DNA of 64,000 nucleotides from Vicinamibacteria bacterium (GCA_963422395.1 OY729431.1:1280001-1344000), one strand, 5' to 3'. Shown: positions 29,888 to 40,591, counted from the first letter of the stretch. The notes: generated by a model from the letters alone, not told the origin. Numbers and translations are program-made.

Positions 29888-29901
29888 TTCAGCAGGTCAT
29901 C

Positions 29902-30846
29902 TCAGCGGGGGGTGAGGAGGTCGGTGAGCGCCGGCTCGAGCTTGGGGAAGCGGAAGCCGAATCCGGCGGCGAGGAGCCGCCGGGGGATCACCCGCTGACC
30001 GGACAGCAGGAGGGAGTCCGCCATCTCCCCGAGTGCGAGCCGCATGGCGAAGGCGGGCGCCGGAAACACGGTGGGCCGGCGCAGCACCCGCCCCAGGGTC
30101 TTCGTGAAGTCGGCGTTTCGCGCCGGCTCGGGCGCGGTCAGGTTGTACGCCTGAGCGAGGGACCCTGCCGGCGCTTCCAATAGTTGGACGATGGCCGCCG
30201 CCGCATCGGCGATGTGGATCCACGCCATCCACTGCCGCCCGGTCCCGAGCCGGCCCCCGGCACCCAGCCGGAACGGAGGCAGCATGGCGGCGAGGGCTCC
30301 CCCCTCGCGGGAAAGAACCACTCCGATGCGGAGAGAGGCGGTCTCGATTCCGGAGTCGCGCGCTCGACCACGCGCGCTACTGGCCGCCGCTTCCCACTCC
30401 TGGCAGACCTCGGCGAGGAAGTCGCTGCCCGACGAGGCTTCTTCGTCGAGCACTTCGTCGCCCCGCGGTCCGTAGTAGCCGATCGCCGAAGCCGCGAGGA
30501 AGCGGTCCGGCGGGTTCTTCGAGCGGGCGAGCGCAGCCACCAGGATCCTGGTCCCTTCGACGCGGCTTTCGCGAATTCGCCGCTTGCGCACGGCGCTCCA
30601 GCGCTTTCCAACGGGCTCTCCGGCGAGGTGGACCAGCGCATCCAGGCCGGCGATCCCTTCGTCGAGCGCTGCGCCGCCGCCTTCCGGCGTCTCGGGATTC
30701 CACCGCACCACCTCCGCGCCGCGGGGCAGTCCGGAAGGAAGGCCGTCCCGCCGGGTGATCGCCACCACCTCATGCCCGCGGGTGATGAGCTCTCTCGAAA
30801 GCGTCCGCCCGATGAGCCCGGTCGCACCGGTGATTCCTGTTCGCAT
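29902..30846 (-). CDS. TIGR01777 family NAD-dependent epimerase (YfcH-like)
   Basis: GITGATGLIG, VHLAGE, ASAIGYYG, GSDFLAEVC, WIHIAD. Confidence 0.9.
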   Translation of the reverse strand: MRTGITGATGLIGRTLSRELITRGHEVVAITRRDGLPSGLPRGAEVVRWNPETPEGGGAALDEGIAGLDALVHLAGEPVGKRWSAVRKRRIRESRVEGTRILVAALARSKNPPDRFLAASAIGYYGPRGDEVLDEEASSGSDFLAEVCQEWEAAASSARGRARDSGIETASLRIGVVLSREGGALAAMLPPFRLGAGGRLGTGRQWMAWIHIADAAAAIVQLLEAPAGSLAQAYNLTAPEPARNADFTKTLGRVLRRPTVFPAPAFAMRLALGEMADSLLLSGQRVIPRRLLAAGFGFRFPKLEPALTDLLTPR

Positions 30847-30929
30847 GCGCAAGGACCGGTCCGATTCTAGCCCTCGGGTTGAAGCGGTACCCGCCGCCGG
30901 TGGACAATCCGCGCTACCGGAGGCGTTCC

Positions 30930-33005
30930 ATGTTCCCTAACCGTTCCCTTTCCCTCGCATCCGCGATCGTTCTCGCCGGGCTCGCTTCGGCCCCGGCGAG
31001 CTCCTCCCAGGAGAAGCGGCCGATCACGATCGTCGAACTGATCGATGTTCCGGTGGTCGGCAGTCCCAGGCTGTCCCCCGACGGCAGCCAGCTGCTCTAC
31101 ACCAGGAGCGACACCGACTGGAAGAAGAACGGCCGGACCACCCACATCTACCGGGTCCGGACCGACGGGAGCGGCCAAGTCCGGCTGACGAACGGCGAGC
31201 ACGGCGAATCGAGCCCGCGCTGGTCCCCCGATGGCTCCCGGATCGCTTTCCTCGCCCGCCGCGGGGAGGGGCCGTTTTCGCAGATCCACTGGATGCGGAA
31301 CCGCGGCGGGGAAGCCTCTCCTCTGACCGAACACGAAAGCTCGGTGCAGACATTCGCATTTTCACCCGACGGAAAGCACATCTACTTCATCGCCCCCGAG
31401 CCGAAGACCGAAGAAGAGAAGAAGAAGGACGAACTCCAAGACGATGTGTTCGCTTTCGACGAGGACTACCGGCAGCGGCACCTCTTCCGGGTTGCGGCGG
31501 ACGGCGAGGCGCCGGCGAAGGCCGAGCGGATCACCGAGGGGGAATACTCGATACTCGAGTTCCGCCTTTCCGGCGACGGGACCCGGATCGCGCACTCGCG
31601 CGCTCCGACGCCGCTCTTCGACAACCGCGACGAGGGCGAGGTATGGATCATGGACGCCGACGGGGGGAACGCACTCCAGTTGACGAACAACACGGTGAGC
31701 GAGTTCGGCGCCGAGCTTTCACCCGACGGGGCCCGCGTTCTCTTCCGCTCGGATTCGAGCGCCGACTTCGAGACCTATTTCAACGACAACATCTTCATGG
31801 TTCCTGCCGCCGGCGGCCCGCATCGGCTCCTCTACGAGGACATGCCCCACGAAGTGAACGGAGCCAGCTGGGCGCCCGACGGCTCGATCTACTTCACCGC
31901 GAACACCGGCGTCCGCACCCAGATCTTCCACGCGGGAGTGGATGACGACGCTCCGACCGTCATCACCAGCGGAGATCACAGCCTCTCGGGCTGGAACTAC
32001 CACGCGGAGACGAAGCAGCATGTCTTCGGCATCAACGACCGGGAGAATTCCGGAGACATCCACCTGATGTCCGCGGCCGGGGGCGCTACTACGAAAGTGA
32101 CCTCGGTGTTCGACTACCTCGCGGAAACCTTCGAGCTGCCTCGCCAGGAGGCGATCCGCTGGAAGGGGGAGGACGGCGTCGAGGTCGAGGGACTCCTCTA
32201 CTACCCGCTCGACTACGAAGAGGGGAAACGGTACCCGGTCGTGGTCCAGACCCACGGCGGACCGGCGGCGTCCGACAAGTTCGCTTTCGGGCGCTGGAGC
32301 AGCTATGTGCAGGTCCTGACGGCCCGCGGGTATCTGGTCTTCAAGCCGAACTACCGGGGCAGCACCGGTTACGGCGACGACTTCCTGCGCGACATGGTGG
32401 GCCACTACTTCCACCAATCGCACCTCGATGTGATGACCGGAGTGGACCACCTCATCGAGATGGGTATCGCCGATGGCGAGCGGATGGCCAAGATGGGTTG
32501 GAGCGGCGGCGGGCACATGACGAACAAGATCATCACCCACACCGACCGCTTCAAGGCGGCGAGCTCCGGCGCCGGCGCCGTGAACTGGATCTCGATGTAC
32601 GGCCAGAGCGATGTCCGCATCTACCGGACGCCGTGGTTCGGGGGGACGCCGTGGCAGGAGGACGCTCCGATCGATACCTACTGGGGCCATTCCCCGCTGA
32701 AGGACATCTACCGGGTCACGACTCCGACGATCGTGCTGGTGGGCGAGAACGATGTCCGGGTGCCGCCGCCGCAGTCGGTGGAGCTCTACCGGGCGCTGAA
32801 GACGAATGGAGTGGACACCCATCTCTACATCGCGCCGAGGGAGCCGCACGGGTGGCGGGAGCTACGCCACGAACTCTTCAAAGTGAATGTGGAGATCGAC
32901 TGGTTCGAGCGCCATGTGCGCGGCATGGAGTACGAGTGGGAGACCGCTCCCGGTGATGCGGAGGAGGGGGAAACGGCTGCCGCCGGCGGCGAAGATCCGT
33001 CCTGA
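30930..33005 (+). CDS. S9 family peptidase (beta-propeller plus alpha/beta hydrolase), exported
   Basis: Signal peptide, PD40-like WSPDG repeats, HGGP, GWSGGG nucleophile, D...H. Confidence 0.92.
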   Translation: MFPNRSLSLASAIVLAGLASAPASSSQEKRPITIVELIDVPVVGSPRLSPDGSQLLYTRSDTDWKKNGRTTHIYRVRTDGSGQVRLTNGEHGESSPRWSPDGSRIAFLARRGEGPFSQIHWMRNRGGEASPLTEHESSVQTFAFSPDGKHIYFIAPEPKTEEEKKKDELQDDVFAFDEDYRQRHLFRVAADGEAPAKAERITEGEYSILEFRLSGDGTRIAHSRAPTPLFDNRDEGEVWIMDADGGNALQLTNNTVSEFGAELSPDGARVLFRSDSSADFETYFNDNIFMVPAAGGPHRLLYEDMPHEVNGASWAPDGSIYFTANTGVRTQIFHAGVDDDAPTVITSGDHSLSGWNYHAETKQHVFGINDRENSGDIHLMSAAGGATTKVTSVFDYLAETFELPRQEAIRWKGEDGVEVEGLLYYPLDYEEGKRYPVVVQTHGGPAASDKFAFGRWSSYVQVLTARGYLVFKPNYRGSTGYGDDFLRDMVGHYFHQSHLDVMTGVDHLIEMGIADGERMAKMGWSGGGHMTNKIITHTDRFKAASSGAGAVNWISMYGQSDVRIYRTPWFGGTPWQEDAPIDTYWGHSPLKDIYRVTTPTIVLVGENDVRVPPPQSVELYRALKTNGVDTHLYIAPREPHGWRELRHELFKVNVEIDWFERHVRGMEYEWETAPGDAEEGETAAAGGEDPS

Positions 33006-33144
33006 TCCGCTGCTCCCGCCGGGTCTGCTGGTCCGGCGGCTGGTCTGTGCGGCGGAGTCCGGGCCTCGTCCTGACGGGAAGCGAAGTCTGGCGGGGGTTC
33101 GCGCGGCGCCCGGTAATCGCTCCCGGCGACCTGCCTACCGGGCG

Positions 33145-33392
33145 GCCGGCAGCGAGGGACTCCCGTCATCCCGACCGGGAGCCCCTCACTCTCCGGCGTG
33201 CTCGCGGGGCCATATTCGGCCCCGCTCGGAGCGACCGGCGATGCCCAGTTCTCCCGGTGGGGGCCCCGGCTGAACGCTTCGCTCGGCGTTGCGATTCCGT
33301 CGGAATACACCCGGTATGCCTCCCGAATCGCGCCTTGTCAGCAGGGCGCCTCACCGCGATCTTGGGGCTCGCGCCACTTTATCCACAGGCTG
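33145..33392. mobile_element. Family A MITE, composite, left end degenerate
   Basis: Contains the hairpin module of 2414-2559 plus the reversed module of 18079-18267; ends TCCACAGGCTG followed by CTAA. Confidence 0.75.
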
Positions 33393-34738
33393 CTAACAGC
33401 CCGTGGACAAACTGCTGTAATCGGTGAGGATCAGCGGCCCCGGAGGGGGTGCCGTGATCGGCGCAGTACGGCGTGCGGGCGCGGTTCTGCGCGGGAAAAC
33501 CGCCCGACAGGGCGCTATCCAGGCCCAGGCGGGCGTTTCCCGGCTCCGGTAGGCGAAAATGAGAGCGAAAAGCGCGGCGCCGACCGCGGCCGCGCGCCCC
33601 TGCAGTCGTCGCGGCTTGCCGATTCCGCACCGGTGGCGCATCAGCAGCCCGAGGTCGAAGCCGGCTGCCTGGATCAACAGCCGCTTCCCGATGTTCCCCC
33701 GTCCGCGCAAATACAGCCGCCGCATCCCCCCGGTCTCGTAACCGTGCGCAAACGAGCGCTCCACCAACTCGCCCCGCCGGCGCAGCAGGCGCTTCCCGTG
33801 CTCACCACGAACGCGCCGCCGATTCGCAACCACCGCCCGGCGCTCCTCTTCCTTCCCCCGCCAGCTCCAAAGGCCCCGCTTCGGCTCCGATACATACGAA
33901 CGCACCCCCTCCCGCCGCAGACGCAACCGCGTCGCATTGCTGTGATACCCCTTGTCGCACACCAGCTCTCGCGGACCAGCCGGTTCCCCGACCGCCGACG
34001 CCAGCGCCCCGCTCTCCCGGTCCACCGCGTGCTCCACCTCGTGCGCCATCCGGGTCCGGCCGTCCTTCGTCCTCGCCACCCGCGCCTCCGGGTCCTGGGG
34101 ATGCTCCCATTCCTTGTTCGTCGTCGTCTTCGCGCGCGCCCGGTCGAACCTCCGCAGCTCCTCCCGACTCGGCGTCTCGATCCCCGATTCCTCCGCCAGA
34201 CGGCGCAGGAACTCCTGGTACCCCTCCCCGGTATCCCGCCGGACGATCCCTCGCATCGAGGCGTTCGCCAGCAGCGTCGTTCCATCGACTCCTACCCTCT
34301 GACCCCGTAGCAATCCCGCCTCTTCCAGCCGCCGCAGAACCCAAACGAATACCTCCGCGTGTGCCTCCGTCGCAATCCGGCGCCGCGTCTTCGACAGCGT
34401 CGAATGCTCCGGACACCGATCCGTCAGCAAAAGCCCCAGAAAGCGCCGCAGGCCCGAAGAATCCGCCAGCCGCCATGCGATCTGACGCTCCGAGTCGCAC
34501 CCCTCGAAATACCCCACCAGCAACAGACGAAAATAATGCCCCGGCGCCAAACTCGGCCGCCCCATCACCGGCGCATGGAACCTCGCGCACACACGCGCTC
34601 GACATGCTCGTCGAATCCGGACTCTTCCAGAATCCGGTTCAGCCGCTCGTAGAACGGATCCCCCGCGCTTCGAGGAAGACTCGCCCTCGAAGTCCAGGAT
34701 GTCCGGCGCTGCTCAACCCGACGCAATCCCATAGCCAT
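33393..34738 (-). pseudogene. IS1182-like DDE transposase with a frameshift near 34590
   Basis: Frame 1 MAMG...PFYERLNRILEESGFDEHVE; frame 2 CARFHAPVMGRPSLAPGHYFRLLLVGYFEG (DUF772-like), VDGT, DKGY, VERSF; extra GT in a GTGTGT run. Confidence 0.8.
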
Positions 34739-34803
34739 ACACACATACTACGAAATCGCCCCAACCGACTCCAATCTCCACATCAGACTTTTTCCACAGG
34801 CTG
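33397..34803 (-). mobile_element. IS1182-family insertion sequence (1407 bp)
   Basis: Imperfect IRs CAGCCCGTGGACAAA / CAGCCTGTGGAAAAA; CTAA duplicated at 33393-33396 and 34804-34807. Confidence 0.88.
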
Positions 34804-35928
34804 CTAACGAGACGCCCCGGGCGGATAGGCATCGAGGGCGGCTTCGGCGAGGCGGCGGGCGGCTTCGGGAAGCCCGGAGCCGTTTTGGACATTGGCGGTG
34901 AGCGCGACCGCCACGCCGCGCTCCGGGAGCCGCAGCAGATGGGTGGTGCCGCCGGTGGCTCCTCCCGAATGCGCGACCCAGGTCCCGGTCTCGTCTTCCG
35001 AGATCCTCCAGCCGAGGGCGTATTCGCTCACCGTGCCGTCTTCGAGCACCTGCGGGGTGGTCATCGCTTCGTGGGTCGAGGCCGGCAGGATCGTTTCGGC
35101 GTCGAGGGACAGCGCGAAGCGCACGAGATCGGGCGCGGCGGCGATCATTCCGCCGCCGGCCCACTTGATGGAGAGATCGGCGAACGGTGCGTTCCGGACC
35201 AGCGGAGCCGATTCCGACTTCACATATTGGCGCACCCGGCCCGGAACGATGTCGCCCTGGTGTTCGAGATAGGTCGCGTCCATCCCCGCCGGCCCCCAGA
35301 TGTTCTCTTGCAGATAGGCCTCGAAACTCTGCCCGGCCACTGTCTCGATCACGCCGGCCAGCATGTTGTATGCGTAGGTGGAGTAGCGGTACTCGGTCCC
35401 CGGTTCGAAGAGGAGCGGGTCGTCTTCGAAGATGGCGATGGCGGACTCGACCGTGTCGAAGTGATCCTTCATCTCCATTTCCCCCGGCTGGTAGTGCCGG
35501 ATGCCGGAGGTGTGAGTCATCAGCTGGCGCACGGTGACGGGGTACTCCTTCTCCGGGAAAGCCGGGAAATACTCCTGGACCGGCGCGTCGAGGTCCAGAG
35601 CCCCTTGGGCGGCGAGCTGCATGACGGCGGCGGCGGCGATGGGTTTCGAGATCGAGGCGATCCGGTACACGCTGTCCGCGGTCGCCGGCACTCCGTTTTC
35701 GATGTCGGCGAGACCCGAGGCTCCGCTCCAAACCAGTTCTCCCTCGATCGCTACAGCGCCCGAGAGGCCCGGGCTTCCGGCCGCGTCGCGCGCTTCGGCC
35801 ACGATTGCGGCGAAGACCTCACCCGGTTCCGGAGCCGGTTCGGGGGCAGAGCAACCGGCGAACAGCCCCCCGAGAAGCGGGAGGGCGAACAGGAGCGGTC
35901 GGGTCGTTGGGGAAAAAATCCGGTTCAT
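34804..35928 (-). CDS. Serine hydrolase, beta-lactamase/D-peptidase family lipoprotein
   Basis: FAGC lipobox, SISK, LMTHTSG, YST, HSG. Confidence 0.9.
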   Translation of the reverse strand: MNRIFSPTTRPLLFALPLLGGLFAGCSAPEPAPEPGEVFAAIVAEARDAAGSPGLSGAVAIEGELVWSGASGLADIENGVPATADSVYRIASISKPIAAAAVMQLAAQGALDLDAPVQEYFPAFPEKEYPVTVRQLMTHTSGIRHYQPGEMEMKDHFDTVESAIAIFEDDPLLFEPGTEYRYSTYAYNMLAGVIETVAGQSFEAYLQENIWGPAGMDATYLEHQGDIVPGRVRQYVKSESAPLVRNAPFADLSIKWAGGGMIAAAPDLVRFALSLDAETILPASTHEAMTTPQVLEDGTVSEYALGWRISEDETGTWVAHSGGATGGTTHLLRLPERGVAVALTANVQNGSGLPEAARRLAEAALDAYPPGASR

Positions 35929-37073
35929 CGTTCGTCTCCTTGTGGTCCATCGGTGTTTCGGTGGACGATGACCTCACTCCAGACCCTCTCGAAGTTGCCG
36001 CCGAGAATCGCGCGGACTCCGTCTTCGTCAAAGCCGGCTTCGGCGAGGGCTTCGCCGATCGCCTCGAAATTCGCTTCCTCGCCGAAGCCTTCGCTGTAAG
36101 CCGACATGCCGCGCAGATCACTCCCGATTCCGACGCTCGATCCACCGCCGAGGTTCGTCACTCGTCGAACATGGCGGGCGAGATCCGCCACCGTGGGGAC
36201 GAGCCCCGCGTTCGGCCAGATCCCGATCACGCCGCCTGCTGCCGCGATCTCCCGGATCTCCGGATCTCGGAGGTGCCGGTCGTGCTCTTCCAGGGCGAAG
36301 GCTCCGGTGTGGCTGAACACCACCGGACTGCGGGACAGTTCGAGGGTGTCCCGGATCGTCTCCGGGTTCGCATGGGCGAGGTCGATCACGATCCCGAGGC
36401 GATTGCACTCGCGCACCACCTCGCGTCCGAATGCGGTGAGCCCGCCGGGGGTATAAGGCCAGGTCTGGATGTGGCCGAGTCCGTTCGGGCGAAAATGGAC
36501 GAGCTGCAGCAGGGCGAGTCCTCTCCGATGCAGTTCATGGAGCCGCTCGATCCGGCCTTCGAGTGAATCGGCGCCCTCGAGTCCGGGCAAGATGGCGAGG
36601 ACCCCTCGGGCTCGCGCAGCTCGCGCTTCCTCCGGAGTGCGGGCGAAGACCGCACGCGCTTCGGACACCGTTCGTTCGAGCCGCTCGAAGCGGTCGAGGG
36701 TGTAGGCCCAGGGTTCGCCGGGCTCGGGGCGGCGATTTCCGCTTTCGATCCGCGTCCCGTCGCGCTGTTCGTACCCGCCCCGGTACGGCGTGTCGGTGCT
36801 GATCGTGGCGACCACCGCGTCCATGCCGCGGTTCAGGTAGCGAGCGATCTCTTCGTCGCTGATCCGAGGCACGTCGGCACGGTGGAAGCGGGAGGGGTGG
36901 GCGTGGATGTCCACCCGAAGCGGCTCCTCCTGCTGGAGGAGTCGGGCGCCGCCGGATACCGCGGCAGAAGCCGCAGCATCGCCGAGAAGGCAGGCGGAAA
37001 AGAGGGCGCCGCAGAGCCCGGCGCAAAGCAGGCGCCACTCCCGCCGGAAGCGCGCAGGGATCTCCCCGGTCAC
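35925..37073 (-). CDS. Membrane dipeptidase (M19)
   Basis: DIHAH, LEGAD, GLTAFGREVV...NRLGIVIDLAH, SHTG, GIGSD. Confidence 0.87.
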   Translation of the reverse strand: MTGEIPARFRREWRLLCAGLCGALFSACLLGDAAASAAVSGGARLLQQEEPLRVDIHAHPSRFHRADVPRISDEEIARYLNRGMDAVVATISTDTPYRGGYEQRDGTRIESGNRRPEPGEPWAYTLDRFERLERTVSEARAVFARTPEEARAARARGVLAILPGLEGADSLEGRIERLHELHRRGLALLQLVHFRPNGLGHIQTWPYTPGGLTAFGREVVRECNRLGIVIDLAHANPETIRDTLELSRSPVVFSHTGAFALEEHDRHLRDPEIREIAAAGGVIGIWPNAGLVPTVADLARHVRRVTNLGGGSSVGIGSDLRGMSAYSEGFGEEANFEAIGEALAEAGFDEDGVRAILGGNFERVWSEVIVHRNTDGPQGDER

Positions 37074-38461
37074 TGCTCCCCGTCGGTCGCCAGCTGCGGG
37101 AGCACCACCCGGGCAATCCCGTTCCGAATCTCGAACTCGGTGCCGTAGGGGGCTGAGAGCCGCACGAGGTCTCCGAGGATCTTGTCCGCCAGCGCTCCTT
37201 CGGCCATCATCGGACGGCCCCGCACCTGCCGCGGCTGGCCGTGGTTGAGCGTGATCGGGTGGAGCGTGAGCTCGGCGAGCTGGGCTCCGCTCCATTCGGG
37301 AACGGCGATGACTGCCTCCCAGATTTCCGGGATGGCCGGGAAACCGGTGGTGTCGTTCCGGTAGCGGGCGTCGTTGAAGTCGGCGAGGCCGTCCGCCTCG
37401 GAAAGCCCCAGCCGGTCGTAGTTCTCGTAGGGGAGGCGCTGCAGCGTCTCGTTCTGGAACAGGAAGTCGCCGAGGCTGTAGAGGATCGGCGCCCCGTTGT
37501 AGATCTCGATGGCCCGCAGCACATGGGGGCCGTGGCCCACGAAGACGGAAGCGCCGGCGTCCACCATGGCCCGGGCGAAGGTGACCAGGAACTGCGCCGG
37601 GACGAAGCGGCTTCCCGCTCCCTCGTGGGCGTGGATGGTCACGATCACCTGGTCGGCCTGCCGGCTGGCGTTCCGAACGACCATGCCGATCTCCGCCAGA
37701 TCTTCGGGATGCGGTTCCGTTCGGATTCCCGGAGTGTCCGAAAGTTCGAAGCGCTGACGGAGAAAGGTCAGACTGTCTCCGCCGTCCGGCGGGTTCATCC
37801 CCAGGCCGCGCATGGTGGCCCGGACACCGTCGAGCTGCTCCTCCGTCACCTCGTAGGTGGTGAGGTACCGCAGCGGGTTCAGCCCCGGACGCGCCGGGAT
37901 GTCGTCGCGGGACTTGCCGGCCCGCGAGTGATCGGGAAAGGTCGAGGAGAGCGAGATGAGCGCGACGCGCCCGTTTCGGGTCTCGACGAACTTGGCCTCA
38001 CGGGCCTCGGCGAGGCTACGGCCCACTCCGGCGGCCACGATCCCCGCCTCCCGAATGTATTTCTCGGTGAGCAGCATCGCGGGGGGACCGAAATCGCCGG
38101 CGTGGTTGTTGGCGAGCGAACCCAGATCGAAGCCTGCCCAAACGAACTCCTGTACGAGTTCGGGCTGGGCGCGCATGTAGGTCCCGCCGCTGGAACTCAT
38201 CGGATAGGACTCGTAGTCGTGGAAGAGCACCTCCACATTCGTGAAGGCGAGATCGGCTTCGCGCAGCAGTTCGATCATCCGCAGGAACTGCGGCTCGTCG
38301 TACACGCTCATCTTCCGGGTGATGATCGAGTCGCCGGTCAAGGCGAGCCGCAGGCGGTCCTGGGCCGTGGATTCGCTCCCGAGCCCGAAGGCGAGCGCGA
38401 AGACGGTGAGGGCGAAGGGCAGGCGCCCTCTCGGTTCGGATCGGGTCGTCGAATAGAGCAT
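37070..38461 (-). CDS. CapA (PGA_cap) family metallophosphoesterase-fold protein
   Basis: LTGDSI, NVE, ANNHAGDFG, IHAHE, GHGPHV, YSLGDF. Confidence 0.88.
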   Translation of the reverse strand: MLYSTTRSEPRGRLPFALTVFALAFGLGSESTAQDRLRLALTGDSIITRKMSVYDEPQFLRMIELLREADLAFTNVEVLFHDYESYPMSSSGGTYMRAQPELVQEFVWAGFDLGSLANNHAGDFGPPAMLLTEKYIREAGIVAAGVGRSLAEAREAKFVETRNGRVALISLSSTFPDHSRAGKSRDDIPARPGLNPLRYLTTYEVTEEQLDGVRATMRGLGMNPPDGGDSLTFLRQRFELSDTPGIRTEPHPEDLAEIGMVVRNASRQADQVIVTIHAHEGAGSRFVPAQFLVTFARAMVDAGASVFVGHGPHVLRAIEIYNGAPILYSLGDFLFQNETLQRLPYENYDRLGLSEADGLADFNDARYRNDTTGFPAIPEIWEAVIAVPEWSGAQLAELTLHPITLNHGQPRQVRGRPMMAEGALADKILGDLVRLSAPYGTEFEIRNGIARVVLPQLATDGEQ

Positions 38462-38508
38462 GGACGGGAACCTCCAGAAGAGCGAGTGTATGGCAGGCGC
38501 GGAATCGG

Positions 38509-39957
38509 TCAGCGGCGGTAGTCGAGCGGCGGGGGACGGTCGCCGAGCAGCGGCTCGTAGGCGAAGTTCGGCCCCCGGGCCTCGTGCAGTTCGGCGAGGG
38601 CGGCAGCGAGCTGTGACGGATCCTGGATGAGGTCGGCAGCGGTCCGAGCGAGGACTTCGGCGGCGAGACGCATCCCCTTGAGGCCGATGCTCGTCCCGCC
38701 GGCGGCGACCGCCTGCCAGCTGTGCGCCGGAGTGCCGGGAACCCAGGTCGCAGTGCGGAACTGCGCGGTGGGTACGACCCAGCTCACATCCGCCACATCG
38801 GTGGAACCGCCCGCCGGCGTCCTCGACCATTCGGCGACCTCCTCCTGTGAGCCGATCGGGCGCGGCTTCGCCAGATGCTGCTGGATTTTCTCGGCGAAGG
38901 CCTGCTCTTCCTCGGTGTAGGGGAAGCCGCCGATGGCCCGTAGGTTTTCGAAAAGCAGCCGTCCGATGTTTTCGTTGGGGAGCATGTTGTAGATCCCGTG
39001 GATCATCTCGTGTTCGACTGCGGTCCCGGTGCCGAGCGCCGCCGCTTCGGCGGCATTCAGGATACGCGCCCAGTTGTCGCGGGCGACTTCGACCGAGGGG
39101 TGGCGGTTGTAGTAATAGACCTCGGCGAAGTTCGGAACCACATTGGGCGCCTCACCGCCGCGGGTGATCACATAGTGGATCCGGCTGCGCTCGTGGACAT
39201 GCTCGCGCATCAGGTTCACCATGAAGTTCATCGCTTCCACCGCATCGAGCGCGGAGCGCCCCTGGTCCGGTGCCCCGGCGGCGTGGGCCGACACCCCGCG
39301 AAAACGGAATTTGGCCGAGAGATTGGCGAGCGAGTCTCCGGGGCTCGCGTCGTTGCGATCCCCCGGATGCCAAGCGAGCACCGCATCCACATCCGAGAAG
39401 AGGCCGGCGCGCACCAGGTACACCTTCCCGGCGCCGCCCTCTTCGGCGGGGGTGCCATAGACCCGGATCCGTCCCGGGGTCCCGGAGCGCTCCAGCCAGT
39501 CCTTGACCGCCAGGCCGGCAGCGACCGAGGCGGTACCGAACAGGTGATGGCCGCAGGCGTGGCCCGCACCCACCCCCTCGCGTTCCAGTGGTTCGGGAAC
39601 CGCGGCCTGGCTCACTCCGGGCAGCGCATCGAACTCGGCGAGGATGCCGATCACCGGTCCGCCGGAGCCCCATTCGGCGACGAACGCGGTCGGCATCCCG
39701 GCGACCCCGGCCTCCACCTGGAAGCCTCCGGTGGCCAGCTGCTCCTGGAGCAGGCCCGAGCTCTTTTCCTCCTGGTAGCCGACCTCCGCCCATTCCCAGA
39801 TTCGCAGCGCGACCTCCTCGAAGTCGGTGCGCTGGGCATCCAGGAACCGGGTCATCAGGGCGTCGGCTTCCCCGTCTTGAGCGGAAGAAGCGCTCGCCGG
39901 CAGGAAGAACAGGAGTGGGAAAGCGAAGCGCAGCAGCGCCCGGGGAATGTGAGTCAC
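38509..39957 (-). CDS. M20 amidohydrolase (AbgB-like), exported
   Basis: AEFDALPG, GHACGHH, GTPAEEGG, WHP, GSTDV. Confidence 0.9.
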   Translation of the reverse strand: MTHIPRALLRFAFPLLFFLPASASSAQDGEADALMTRFLDAQRTDFEEVALRIWEWAEVGYQEEKSSGLLQEQLATGGFQVEAGVAGMPTAFVAEWGSGGPVIGILAEFDALPGVSQAAVPEPLEREGVGAGHACGHHLFGTASVAAGLAVKDWLERSGTPGRIRVYGTPAEEGGAGKVYLVRAGLFSDVDAVLAWHPGDRNDASPGDSLANLSAKFRFRGVSAHAAGAPDQGRSALDAVEAMNFMVNLMREHVHERSRIHYVITRGGEAPNVVPNFAEVYYYNRHPSVEVARDNWARILNAAEAAALGTGTAVEHEMIHGIYNMLPNENIGRLLFENLRAIGGFPYTEEEQAFAEKIQQHLAKPRPIGSQEEVAEWSRTPAGGSTDVADVSWVVPTAQFRTATWVPGTPAHSWQAVAAGGTSIGLKGMRLAAEVLARTAADLIQDPSQLAAALAELHEARGPNFAYEPLLGDRPPPLDYRR

Positions 39958-40058
39958 AAGCGTTCTCCTCGGTCTGGAGTCAGGGCTGTCGGGCCGAACC
40001 TGCGAGTGTATCCGTCCTCATGTACCCGGCTCGCTCTGACGACCTTCGGGGGTGCGGC

Positions 40059-40591
40059 TTGATCCGCACCCTCCAGGAACGGGCGGGCCTCATCGCGGGT
40101 CGGCTGACGGGAGTGAATCTCGGACCTCTCGGGGGCACGGCCGAACGAGCCTCGCCCAAGGAGGATATCTCCGTGCTGTTTTCGTCGTGGGTGGAAGTAA
40201 CCGATTCGCCGCTGGTCGTTCTGCTGGACGAAGTCCAGATGCTCTGTCCGTCGGTTGGGAGGACCTTTTTCGGCGCAACCCAGTGGGCGGGGAGAAAATC
40301 GTTGCCGTTCCTGCTGATAGCCGCCGGAACGCCCGATGCGCCGAGGCGCCTGCGGGAAGCCGGAAGTTTCACCGAGCGAGACTTCCAGCGAGTGCCGATC
40401 GGGCGCCTGGAGCCAGAGGCCACCGTCGAGGCCCGGCAGAGAACTGGGTCGCGCTCCGAAATTCGCTGCTGGATCTCGGTGTCCTCTGGGAGACCTCTCC
40501 CGGGGGCTGGGAGATGGGGATCCCGAGTTTTGCGGACCATGTGATCCGCCGCAACGCCGTCTCGTCCCCCCGCGCGCTCGCAGAGCGCTGA
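40059..40591 (+). pseudogene. Internally deleted paralog of the downstream AAA ATPase
   Basis: LQERAGL...LLDEVQ...AGTPDAPRRLR...IGRLE, then a frame change to WVALRNSLLDLGVLWETSPGGWEMGIPSFADHV; no Walker A. Confidence 0.8.
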
